Source: Candidatus Bathyarchaeia archaeon
GTDB taxonomy: Archaea; Thermoproteota; Bathyarchaeia; Bathyarchaeales; Bathycorpusculaceae
Direction of reading: 5' to 3'
Assembly: GCA_038727135.1 (NCBI GenBank)
Contig: JAVYWL010000002.1
Location: forward strand, 96,001-160,000
Length of the DNA: 64,000 bases
Positions 19,294 to 28,545 of this stretch are shown one piece after another (within the stretch, counting starts at the first letter, position 1; each line of letters begins with the position of its first letter). A program made the translations under genes and the position numbers. Below the pieces are notes generated by a model. The model saw only the letters and a list, made by a program, of their open reading frames with translations. It had not been told where the DNA came from and did no database searches.

Positions 19294-21546
19294 CTAGAAT
19301 TTTGGTTTTCTGCGGGTTTGAACTGGAACCTTGAGGGTTGGCTTTTCAACTAGGCATTCTTTCAAATAGTCGTCTAGAGTGGCGGCTGGCACCACCTCAA
19401 TTTTGTAGTCCCTAATGTCTATGGAGTGGTCGAAGTTTTTCTTTGGAATCACAACTTTTTTGAAGCCCCAAGCCTCGGCAGCCTTAATCTTTTCGTAAAC
19501 GCCCCCTACAGCCGTCACTTGGATGGTGTCGCCTACGCCTAGGTTTATTTCGCCTGTTACCGCCACGTCCTGCCTTATGGGCTTGCCCTCGATGAGTGAG
19601 CATAACAGTATTGCCATTGTCACCCCTGCTGATGGTCCGTCAACGCCATAAGATTGGGCGAAGTCTATATGCGTTAGGTAGTCTTGGGCTATGTCTATGC
19701 CATACTTTTGGAGGATGACGCTTCTAACTTTGGCTATGCTGTCAGCTATGAAGCTCTGTCCCTTGGCTACGCCCGTCACTTTGTAATAGCCCCTAATTGG
19801 ATAGTTTCTCGGGAGTTCGCTGCGCTTAACCATAGTGGCCCTTACGCATAGTACGCTGCCAGTCATTTCTCCGCTATATGGGTCTCGAACAACCGCCAAG
19901 CCGTAAATTTGCCCAAGCTTAACGCCTTCAGGCTTTATTTCTAGAAGCTTCCCCCTCTCATTCATCTCATGCTCAAGTATTTGCCTCTGAATGGTTTTGC
20001 AGTGGTTTTCTATGGCTTCGCGGACATGTCTCCTTTCAACAAGTTTGCATCCCTCATTCATCGCAAGCGTAGCCGCTGTCTTAATAATGGAAATCAGTGG
20101 TCTGAAACGCGTTGTTAAGGCGTCTTTCTTGTTGCTTCGTCTGCGGCCTTCCTCAACTATTTCCTCGCATGCTTCCCTGCTGAAGGGAATTAAGTTGAAG
20201 CGTTTAACCTCCTGGGCTATAAACTGCACATATTTCCGCCTATTCTCAACGGTGTTTGGCATATCATTATTCATCCTAACAACTTTGCCATACCCATAAA
20301 TCCTGTCCATCAAAGCCGGATGAATCTGGTTTATACTATCAAAGTTTCCGGCACCTACAAGGAAGGTTAAGGCTGGAACCGGCTCCGTGGAAACAGCCAT
20401 GGCCGCCGTGTCTCCACCGTGCCAACGCCCTCTAATGGTTATTGGCAACTGGCCATCCTCAAGCACTGTTAACAGGGTTACCGCCTCTTCCGGATCTAAG
20501 TTCTTAATCTCGTCAATGTATAGTATGCCAAGCGAAGCTCTATGAACATCTCCGGCTGTAACCCTCTGATGCTCCGGAGTTCCCAAACCACCAGTCTGGT
20601 ATGGGTCCCATGCTATTGAGCCGAAAAGTTGGGCGCTTTTGTGACCAGTGGCATCAACAAAGGGCGCATGCCCAGAACTGTTGTCAACTATAAGCTTAGG
20701 TATGTCGCTTTGCTGCGCCCCACCAATGCCTTTTAGGGCTCCCAAGCCTCCAATTCTCGAAAACCACCATATGAAGACTCCGAAGAATACGAGGCTTCCA
20801 CCGGGAATAAATGTTAGCGGGACTATGCTCACAATCCTTCCTATAAAGTAGTCCATAAAGTTGTAATTGTAATATTCTTGTAATGGCTCGCCCAAATACA
20901 TGGGATTCTCGTTCCACATCTGCCAAGCCTGATACATGAAATAGAAGCCTAAACCCATCAAAAACAATCCCATAATTATGAGGAATATTTGTAGGGCTTT
21001 CAAGCCAACCTTCGTAACAAACTTCCTCTTAAGCTCCTTCAACTGCTCCCTCTGGAGTATTTTCTTCCCTTCCCCAGCCGGATGTATAGAGATTCTCGGC
21101 TGGCTCGGCAAAACGGGGTTCTTCCAGCATAGAACGTCAAAAAGTTTTATCCCATTCTCCTTGTAAATTTGGGTCAACTTCTCGGCTAAAGCCCTACCAA
21201 TAAGGGACTTACCAGTACCTGGATCGCCTAGAAGCAGCAGGTATGGTCCTGGGCTTATGGCTGTTTTCGCCGAAGGTTTTGGCTTGTCCGGGCTGCTCCA
21301 GTTTCCATACCATTTAGTTTTTTCCAGCCATTTCAGCTTGTGAACCCACTCGTCTAAGCATAAGAAACACTCGTTTAGGGCTTGATCTTGCCCAATAACC
21401 CAGTTTATCAGGTTATCGTCAACTGGAAAGCCTTCGGTGCTCTTAAAGTTTCCCCAGTCCCACTTAACCCTAACCTTTCTGCCATTAACTGTTCTCTCAA
21501 GTATTTCAGCATCGTTCCCAAAATAGTCAATAGACAACCATTCCAC
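19294..21546 (-). CDS. lonB: Membrane-anchored ATP-dependent Lon protease (LonB type)
   Basis: VIGQD, Walker A GDPGTGKS, two TM helices inserted before Walker B LYIDE, catalytic DGPSAG and GGVYEK. Confidence 0.92.
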   Translation of the reverse strand: MEWLSIDYFGNDAEILERTVNGRKVRVKWDWGNFKSTEGFPVDDNLINWVIGQDQALNECFLCLDEWVHKLKWLEKTKWYGNWSSPDKPKPSAKTAISPGPYLLLLGDPGTGKSLIGRALAEKLTQIYKENGIKLFDVLCWKNPVLPSQPRISIHPAGEGKKILQREQLKELKRKFVTKVGLKALQIFLIIMGLFLMGLGFYFMYQAWQMWNENPMYLGEPLQEYYNYNFMDYFIGRIVSIVPLTFIPGGSLVFFGVFIWWFSRIGGLGALKGIGGAQQSDIPKLIVDNSSGHAPFVDATGHKSAQLFGSIAWDPYQTGGLGTPEHQRVTAGDVHRASLGILYIDEIKNLDPEEAVTLLTVLEDGQLPITIRGRWHGGDTAAMAVSTEPVPALTFLVGAGNFDSINQIHPALMDRIYGYGKVVRMNNDMPNTVENRRKYVQFIAQEVKRFNLIPFSREACEEIVEEGRRRSNKKDALTTRFRPLISIIKTAATLAMNEGCKLVERRHVREAIENHCKTIQRQILEHEMNERGKLLEIKPEGVKLGQIYGLAVVRDPYSGEMTGSVLCVRATMVKRSELPRNYPIRGYYKVTGVAKGQSFIADSIAKVRSVILQKYGIDIAQDYLTHIDFAQSYGVDGPSAGVTMAILLCSLIEGKPIRQDVAVTGEINLGVGDTIQVTAVGGVYEKIKAAEAWGFKKVVIPKKNFDHSIDIRDYKIEVVPAATLDDYLKECLVEKPTLKVPVQTRRKPKF

Positions 21547-22070
21547 CCCTTAGGCTTGACAGTTTCCTTTCCCCAATCCTCAACAAAACCATCCCCGCCG
21601 AATAATTATAGGGTTATTTCAAAAACGGCAATATGAAAAAACCAATAACATGGACAAACACAACCGCAGAAATTTCGACAAGCGAAAAACCCCTTTTAAA
21701 ATAAAAGGAAAAAATCATCCCTGTTTGACAGCAGGGAGCAAAACAATGGGTCGAAGATTAATGAATAAGCTGACTAGCATAAGAGGCGCTGTTTTGGAAG
21801 TCAAAGTGCAAAATGAAAAGCCATTTTTAAGCTTAAAATCGTAAAAGAAGCCTTTTAACCGCTTTTCATTTCTGCCTTTAAACAAAACCCATGGACTTCG
21901 CTGTTGCTTCCTAAAGAAACTGACGAAAATCTCCATGCCAACCAAAACCTACTAAACTTCGAAAGACTTCGAGTTTTCCAAGCACAAAGGAAGGTCGACA
22001 AGTGAGCTTTTGAAAAAGGAATGCATGTGAAGCCTCGTCATGCTCAGCGCTCTTAAATGTTTGTTGTGGG

Positions 22071-22407
22071 CAAGGTTTTAGGCTGTTCACTTGGTTGATG
22101 CTTTTGTATACACACAAGCACCAGTTTTCGTTACTGCTAGTTTTCACTAGGGTTTTGGTTTGGAAAGTTGTGCCAGGAAAGGGGCTTTTCCTGGGCTTTT
22201 TCGCCATAGATGTGGCAAGTTGTTTTATCTAGTGTAGGCTAAGTGTCTAATGTTTTTGAGGTCCATGGATTTTCATTTTACTTTTAGGTTGCTTTAGTAA
22301 TATTGGTATTACTTTAAGATTTCACATGTCACCATGGCTCTCCAAGGCTTTGCAGCTAAAACCCCCGTATACAAAAGCATCGATAAAACTTCACAGTTTT
22401 AACCTTG
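22071..22407. repeat. Long-range inverted repeat (15-bp perfect core inside ~40-bp imperfect arms) in the lonB-GNAT intergenic region
   Basis: GATGCTTTTGTATAC (22097-22111) and GTATACAAAAGCATC (22367-22381); outer CAAGGTT (22071-22077) and AACCTTG (22401-22407). Confidence 0.8.
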
Positions 22408-22443
22408 AAAAAGGTTATGTGGCTCCGACATCATGTTAAACTT

Positions 22444-22992
22444 ATGAAAACTGGAGAGGTTATCCGGGAGTTTGTTGCCAAAGACGGGCGCAAAGTAATT
22501 CTCAGAACCCTCAAGTGGGAAGACCTAGACGACTTGCTGGACTTTATTAACTCTCTTGTTGAGGAAGGCGCAAACATCCTCAGAACTGAAAAAGTTTCAA
22601 GGGATGAGGAAATCGAGTGGCTTTCTGGCGTTTTTAAACGCCTAGAGAAAGGCGAAATTTACTGTGTTGCCGCGGAGGTGGATGGGCATGTGGTGGCTAA
22701 CTCTGAAGTCATGAAGGGAACTGGCTATTCGAGGCATGTGGGCTTTATTGGCATAGCCATAAAGAAAGGGTTTAGAGGCATCGGCATAGGAACTGAGATG
22801 ATGAAGGCATTGGAGGAGCATGCCAGAAAAATTGGTCTAAAAGTTCTGACCCTGGCAGTTTTTGCAAACAACCAGCACGCTATAAACCTTTACAAGAAAA
22901 TGGGGTTTATTGAAACTGGGCGGGTTCCGAAAAGGTTTTTCAAAGACGGCGCCTACATAGATGAAATTATAATGACAAAAATGCTAGAATAA
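22444..22992 (+). CDS. GNAT family N-acetyltransferase
   Basis: FRGIGIG acetyl-CoA loop, N.HAINLYKKMGF. Confidence 0.9.
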   Translation: MKTGEVIREFVAKDGRKVILRTLKWEDLDDLLDFINSLVEEGANILRTEKVSRDEEIEWLSGVFKRLEKGEIYCVAAEVDGHVVANSEVMKGTGYSRHVGFIGIAIKKGFRGIGIGTEMMKALEEHARKIGLKVLTLAVFANNQHAINLYKKMGFIETGRVPKRFFKDGAYIDEIIMTKMLE

Positions 22993-22996
22993 GCTG

Positions 22997-23428
22997 GTGA
23001 AAATCTTGGCAGGCTTTAAGGTTTACAATACCACTTATACATTTTCCACCAAAGGCGAAATTGAATTTGTAGACTTAACCGACAAGGTTCAAGAGGCGGT
23101 TTCTTGCTCAAGTGTAAAAAACGGCATAGTGCATGTCTTTGCGCCCCATGCCACTGGAGTTCTCATCCTAACTGAAAGCGAGTACGGCTTGCTAAATGAC
23201 ATTAAGGCTTTGCTCGAAAAACTGGTTCCAAAAGGCGCCGGTTATATGCATCCTTCGAATGCCCATTCCCATTTAAGGTCTGTTCTGCTTCCCCCGGACA
23301 AGACTTTGCCCGTTGTTGATGGTAGGGTGGAGTTTGGAACATGGCAGTCGCTCTTGTTTGTGGAGACAGACGTCCACCCAAGAAGGAGAACAGTAATAAT
23401 TCAGGTGATAGGCGAAACTGGTGAGTAG
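22997..23428 (+). CDS. YjbQ/UPF0047 family protein
   Basis: PHATG, NAHSHL, GTWQ...E.D..PR.R. Confidence 0.9.
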   Translation: MKILAGFKVYNTTYTFSTKGEIEFVDLTDKVQEAVSCSSVKNGIVHVFAPHATGVLILTESEYGLLNDIKALLEKLVPKGAGYMHPSNAHSHLRSVLLPPDKTLPVVDGRVEFGTWQSLLFVETDVHPRRRTVIIQVIGETGE

Positions 23429-23790
23429 GCACATCCCATAAAAGTGCAACACCAATGGCGAAGATCCACAGACGCGGCAAAATCGGAAGACCACCAAAAC
23501 CAGCAAACTTCGTAAAACAATTAAAGTCAAAAAGTATAGTTTCAAAAATCTTTGGCAAAAGTACATTATTTTTTAAAGTTTTCATATATTGAATTTTCAT
23601 GTTTTTGTATAAAGATTACATTTCGTAATTTTTACGCAAGAATAAGATAGGAGGCGCTTGCAAAAATCTTTTGGACTTAGCAATTTTAGGAACATTCTGC
23701 CTACCACTTGCCATGTACTCAAACCAGCATTTTGCTTAAGCTAATTTAAAGCGAGCCTGTTTCATTTATGTATATTTAAGGTTCGTTTAT

Positions 23791-23806
23791 TTTCGAATCT
23801 CCGAAA
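23791..23806. promoter_or_regulatory. Candidate DtxR-family operator
   Basis: Palindrome TTTCG-N6-CGAAA between two TATA-like tracts, 45-60 nt upstream of dtxR-feoAB. Confidence 0.45.
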
Positions 23807-23850
23807 TATTTTTAGAGGGGGCATTCATTTAAAATTACGAGTGCTCGTAA

Positions 23851-24519
23851 TTGGTGAAAAAGTTGACCGTCGAGCTTTCTCATGAGGCTGAGGAGTATAT
23901 AGAAGCCATCTACAAACTTCAAAAGAGGAGCGGTGTTGCCAGAACAAAAGAGTTAGCTGAAGAGCTAAACGTTGTGCCAGGCTCTATAACAAACACCATT
24001 GCACATCTTGAGAAACATGGACTTGTGGAGCATACGCCATACAAAGGTGTAAAGCTCACCGCTGAAGGTGAGAAGCTAGCCATAAGCATTATTAGGAGGC
24101 ATAGGCTTGCTGAGAGGCTCCTTACAGACATCTTGGAGGCTGAATGGTGCAACGTCCATGAAAGTGCTTGTAGGCTTGAACATGCCTTAACGGATGATGT
24201 GCTATCCCTTTTGGAGAGGCGGCTTGGCTACCCAAAATTTTGCCCTCATGGAAACCCCATACCAACGGAAAGTGGCGAGGTCAGCGATGTTGAATGTTTC
24301 CCGTTAACTTCGGTTGCCGTGAACCAGACATGCACCATTGTCAAAATAATCAATGAAAAGAGGGATATGCTCCTTGCGTTGGCTGCCAAGGGGATAAAAC
24401 CTAACGTTTCAGTCCATATCGTCAAAATGAGACAGAGAGACATTGTCCTCTGCGTGGCTGGAAAGGAGCAGACAATAAGCCACAAGGAAGCCGAAAGCAT
24501 CTGGGTTAAAACTGCTTAA
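23851..24519 (+). CDS. DtxR/MntR family metal-dependent regulator with C-terminal FeoA domain
   Basis: EEYIEAIY, RRHRLAERLL, CRLEH, CPHGNPIP. Confidence 0.93.
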   Translation: MVKKLTVELSHEAEEYIEAIYKLQKRSGVARTKELAEELNVVPGSITNTIAHLEKHGLVEHTPYKGVKLTAEGEKLAISIIRRHRLAERLLTDILEAEWCNVHESACRLEHALTDDVLSLLERRLGYPKFCPHGNPIPTESGEVSDVECFPLTSVAVNQTCTIVKIINEKRDMLLALAAKGIKPNVSVHIVKMRQRDIVLCVAGKEQTISHKEAESIWVKTA

Positions 24520-24535
24520 GAGGTGAAAACAGACA

Positions 24536-24841
24536 ATGTTTAGGAATAGGCGGAACACCCAAAGACAAGACGAAACGAAAAACGAGGGCGGGGAATTATA
24601 CGCCCTAACAGACTTGGCTGAGGGCGAAAAAGGCATAATGGTCAGAGCCTTAGGCGGCTTCGGTCTTGTCAGAAGGCTTGCAGAGATGGGTCTAACACCC
24701 GGAGTTGAGGTTAAAATGTTGAGAAAGGGCTCCTTTGGCGGACCCGTTGAAATCGAGGTTAGAGGCGTAGCCCTAGCGCTCGGGCGAGGCGTAGCCTCAA
24801 GAGTACTAGTCAAACCGGTCAAGGATGAGCCTCATGACTAA
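24536..24841 (+). CDS. feoA: Ferrous iron transport protein A
   Basis: RRLAEMGLTPG, GPVEIEVRG..LALGRG.A. Confidence 0.93.
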   Translation: MFRNRRNTQRQDETKNEGGELYALTDLAEGEKGIMVRALGGFGLVRRLAEMGLTPGVEVKMLRKGSFGGPVEIEVRGVALALGRGVASRVLVKPVKDEPHD

Positions 24842-26786
24842 GCAACTGCGTGTGGCGCTGGCAGGAAACGCCAACGTTGGAAAAAGCGCCATATTCAACC
24901 AGCTAACAGGCTTGAATCAGATTGTTGGAAACTGGCCCGGCAAAACCGTTGAGCGGGCTGAAGGAACCCTACATTTTAAGGGCTACACTATTCGTGTTAT
25001 TGACTTGCCGGGAATATATTCGCTTTCAACTTTTTCAATTGAAGAGATTGTTTCGCGGGATTATATTGCCGTTGAAAAGCCAGACGTTATAGTTAATGTT
25101 GTTGACGCTTCAGCCTTGGAGCGCAACCTCTATTTTACGTTGCAGCTTTTGGAGCTTGAAGCCCCAATAGTTATGGCGCTAAACCAGGTGGATTATGCGG
25201 CGAAAAAGGGCATACGCATAAACGTTGAAAGGCTCTCGGAAATTTTAGGCGTTCCCGTCGTCCCGACGGTGGCGATCACTGGAAGCGGAATAAACGAGCT
25301 CCTAACTACTGTCATTGCTGTGGCAAGTGGCGAAAAGAGGTCTCAACCATTAAAGGTTAGGTTTGGAGCTGAGGTTGAAAAGCGGGTTCAAAAACTTCAA
25401 GGGATTGTGAAGCGCAAGCTTCCACAGCTTTGCGATGTTTACCCAGCGAGATGGGTTGCCACAAAGCTTCTGGAAAGAGACGATGATGTTGCTGGAAAAC
25501 TGAAAAACTATGAGGGTGGAGCAGAAGTTTTAAAGCTTGCTGGAAAGTTGGCGGCGGAGCTGGAAAAACTGCACGGTGAACCCTCGCCGGTCATAATAGC
25601 CTCTGAAAGGTATTCAATTGCGAGCAAAATAGCCAAAGAAGTTACTATTGAGGAGGCTCCTCCAAGAATAAGCCTCGAACAGAAACTTGACGCCATAACA
25701 ACACACAAAATCCTCGGATATCCGATTTTGGTAGGTGTTATTTTGGCAACGTTCTCCTTAATCTTCATTGGAGGGAGTATTTTCTCCGGGCTTCTGGAAT
25801 CTTTTTTCGGAGACATTATTACTTATATTGGGAATGTTTTGGCTTTTTTGCCATTGGTTGCCCAAAGCCTACTCACCGAGGGAGTTTTACATGGAATAGT
25901 GGCGGGAATAACCATAGCCTTACCATATATTGTTCCCTTCTACGTAATCCTGGCCCTTCTTGAAGACAGCGGCTATCTACCAAGAGCCGCCTTCCTAATG
26001 GACAACCTTATGCACAGAATCGGCCTGCACGGAAAAGCCTTCATACCACTAATTTTGGGTTATGGCTGCAGCGTCCCAGCATGTATAGGCTGCAGAATAA
26101 TGGAAACAGAGCGGGAACGCCTCTTAGCCGCCTTCGTTGTTACCCTTATTCCATGCGCCGCCAGAACAGTCGTAATTTTAGGACTTGTGGGAAGATTTGT
26201 CGGACTCCACGCAGCGCTAGCCATCTACATATTTGACCTAATCCTCATCTTCATTCTTGGTAGAGTAGCCTTCAAAGTTCTGCCCGGAGAACCAGTAGGC
26301 CTAATAATGGAAATGCCCCCATACAAAAAGCCCTCACTACAAAATGTCCTAACCAAAACATGGAGCAGAACGAAAGACTTTATCTACATCGCCTTCCCAA
26401 TAATCGTTGCTGGAAGCCTAACAATAACAGCCCTAAACATCACAGGCTTCATAAACCACATAACAGCTGGAGCAAAGCCCCTAATAAGCGGATGGCTTGG
26501 GCTTCCAGTGGAGGCAGGAGTCCCACTAATTTTCGGTGTTTTGCGCAAAGAACTAGCCCTAATTCTTCTTTCGCAGCTAATCCCGCTCGAATCGCTTTCA
26601 GCGATACAGATGATCGTATTCGCAATAGTCATAATGGTTTATATTCCATGTGTAGCCACAATAGCCGCCCTAACAAGGGAATTTGGATGGCGAAAAGCTA
26701 CAGCAATAACCATCACAGACATCACTTTTGCCATATTCCTAGGAGGCATAACCCACAAACTTCTGCTATTATTTATCCCTACATAA
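24825..26786 (+). CDS. feoB: Ferrous iron transport protein B
   Basis: GNANVGKS, GNWPGKTVE, DLPGIYS, LEDSGYLPRAAF, GYGCSVPA, PCAAR, YIPCVAT. Confidence 0.95.
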   Translation: MSLMTKQLRVALAGNANVGKSAIFNQLTGLNQIVGNWPGKTVERAEGTLHFKGYTIRVIDLPGIYSLSTFSIEEIVSRDYIAVEKPDVIVNVVDASALERNLYFTLQLLELEAPIVMALNQVDYAAKKGIRINVERLSEILGVPVVPTVAITGSGINELLTTVIAVASGEKRSQPLKVRFGAEVEKRVQKLQGIVKRKLPQLCDVYPARWVATKLLERDDDVAGKLKNYEGGAEVLKLAGKLAAELEKLHGEPSPVIIASERYSIASKIAKEVTIEEAPPRISLEQKLDAITTHKILGYPILVGVILATFSLIFIGGSIFSGLLESFFGDIITYIGNVLAFLPLVAQSLLTEGVLHGIVAGITIALPYIVPFYVILALLEDSGYLPRAAFLMDNLMHRIGLHGKAFIPLILGYGCSVPACIGCRIMETERERLLAAFVVTLIPCAARTVVILGLVGRFVGLHAALAIYIFDLILIFILGRVAFKVLPGEPVGLIMEMPPYKKPSLQNVLTKTWSRTKDFIYIAFPIIVAGSLTITALNITGFINHITAGAKPLISGWLGLPVEAGVPLIFGVLRKELALILLSQLIPLESLSAIQMIVFAIVIMVYIPCVATIAALTREFGWRKATAITITDITFAIFLGGITHKLLLLFIPT

Positions 26787-26976
26787 CACTCCGCTTCAAT
26801 TCTACCCCTACGGAAAACTGAATCTTCTAATACACGTATACGTTTTGGCTATACCTTTTAGGACCTTGCATGGATGCCCTTAGAGCTTAAGTCAACATAA
26901 AACCATTGGTTTAAACATTAGTGGAAATCTTTATATGTTGTTGGGTTCAATACCTTAACTTTTGAAGGGTTAGCTT

Positions 26977-28515
26977 ATGTCGGAAGAGGAAGTCTTTTTT
27001 GCGAGGAAAGCCTCTGGGCTTGTGAGGGAGCTTACACCTCTAGACGCGGCTATATGGGCGTTTGGTGTTGCCGCAGTTTCTGGAATCACCTTCTACTCCT
27101 GCAGAATGCCCTACCGCTTCCCTGGAGCCGACCCGACACTTTCCTTCTTCATATCCTCGGCTATACTTCTCCCAGCCGCCGTTGCGCTAGCCCTAATGAT
27201 GGGAACGATGCCTAGGTCTGGCGGGTTGTATGTAGCAATAAGCCGTGTCCTCGGACCAGAAGTAGGCTTCCTCAGCCTATGGTCAATAGTCATCGGGTGG
27301 GGGATACTGCTAGGGTTATGGGGCATAGTCTCTGGGAGGCTTTTCGGATCAGTTTTCATAATGGCTGGCCTTACAGATATAGGATCATTTTTACAGACGC
27401 CTGTGGGAGCGTTTATATGGGGCATTTTCTGGGTTACGCTATTTGCATTGTTCTCGATGCTTGGAATAAAATGGATCAAGTGGGTTACAAGGATAACATC
27501 GTATATTCCGCTTATAGCAATAATAATCGCATGCATACTTTTCGTTGTATTTGCACCGAATGCCCCAACCAATTTCAGCAAGGCATGGAACGTTGATGCA
27601 AATACTTTGATAAATACGGCTTACGCGCTTGGCTATACCAAACCGGAATTTTCATGGTCAGCCACAATAGCATCATTTGTTATTCCCTTGTGGGCATGGA
27701 CGGGATTCGAAGCCATAACATACGCTGGAGGAGAAATTAAATCTCCGAAGGCTTCAGCCTACGGATTCCTGGGAGGCTTCTTTATTGTATGGGCACTATA
27801 TACCATCATACCGGCATGTCTATTCTACGCTTGGGGCGATTTTATCGGTCCATATGCATGGCTTTTCAACGCAAAAAAAGAAGTTCTGGGAACATTTATG
27901 ACTCCGACAGAACCGTCGGTTCCATTTTTTGCATATTCTATAATTGGCGGAGGCACAGCAGGCTTCATTCTGGCGCTGGCAATAATGATGCTATATCTTA
28001 AGGGACTACCACCAGTCTTCGGAGCAACATCGAGAATGTTATTCGCATTAGGATTTGACAGAGCATTACCCCCAAAAATCAGCGAAGTGGATAAAAGGGG
28101 CTCACCAAGGTTATCTGTCGCCATAATGTACTTGATAGGCATCTTCGGCCTCGTGATTGCAGATTTAGGAATAGACGCTGTCCTAGGAATACTTGACTAC
28201 ACAATGCTAGGTTTCTTCTGGTTCCTTGGAATAGCACTTATGCTCCTCCCCTACAGAAAGAGAGAGATATATGAGGCCTCACCATTTAGGGCTGAAATTG
28301 GCGGCATGCCTCTAATGGTTATAGTGGGCCTCCTAACGGTGGGAACAGGCTTCTTTGTAGCAGCATTCTCAATAATGGAATTTGACTACACAATGGCCTG
28401 CATAATGGCGATAATATACTGCATAGGCTTTGCCCTCTACGCGTGGCAGCAACATAGGAACGCTAAGGAAGGAATAGATACATCAAAAATATACTCAACG
28501 TTGCCACCACTGTAA
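26977..28515 (+). CDS. APC superfamily amino acid/polyamine permease
   Basis: F.RKASGLVRE, MPRSGGLYV..SR, GFE..TY.GGEIK.P, SRMLFA.GFDR.LP. Confidence 0.9.
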   Translation: MSEEEVFFARKASGLVRELTPLDAAIWAFGVAAVSGITFYSCRMPYRFPGADPTLSFFISSAILLPAAVALALMMGTMPRSGGLYVAISRVLGPEVGFLSLWSIVIGWGILLGLWGIVSGRLFGSVFIMAGLTDIGSFLQTPVGAFIWGIFWVTLFALFSMLGIKWIKWVTRITSYIPLIAIIIACILFVVFAPNAPTNFSKAWNVDANTLINTAYALGYTKPEFSWSATIASFVIPLWAWTGFEAITYAGGEIKSPKASAYGFLGGFFIVWALYTIIPACLFYAWGDFIGPYAWLFNAKKEVLGTFMTPTEPSVPFFAYSIIGGGTAGFILALAIMMLYLKGLPPVFGATSRMLFALGFDRALPPKISEVDKRGSPRLSVAIMYLIGIFGLVIADLGIDAVLGILDYTMLGFFWFLGIALMLLPYRKREIYEASPFRAEIGGMPLMVIVGLLTVGTGFFVAAFSIMEFDYTMACIMAIIYCIGFALYAWQQHRNAKEGIDTSKIYSTLPPL

Positions 28516-28545
28516 GTTGCCTAAAATCTTCCCCTCTTTTTTATT

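Noticed and set aside
19294-21546. Intein in LonB (also considered for rgy and TIP49)
   Set aside because: Lengths are normal and no C/S...HN-C/S/T splice motifs or LAGLIDADG blocks are seen.
21917-22163. Additional short inverted matches (CCAACCAAAACCTA-like, ACGAAAA)
   Set aside because: Not nested consistently and expected by chance from opposite AC/GT skew.
21650-22207. Track ORFs 21650-21844, 21715-21945 and 21911-22207
   Set aside because: No motifs, no clear SD, low-complexity composition; treated as non-coding.
23455-23592. 45-aa ORF with AT-hook-like KIGRPPK
   Set aside because: No SD, the tail drifts into AT-rich intergenic sequence, and a single short motif is chance-level.
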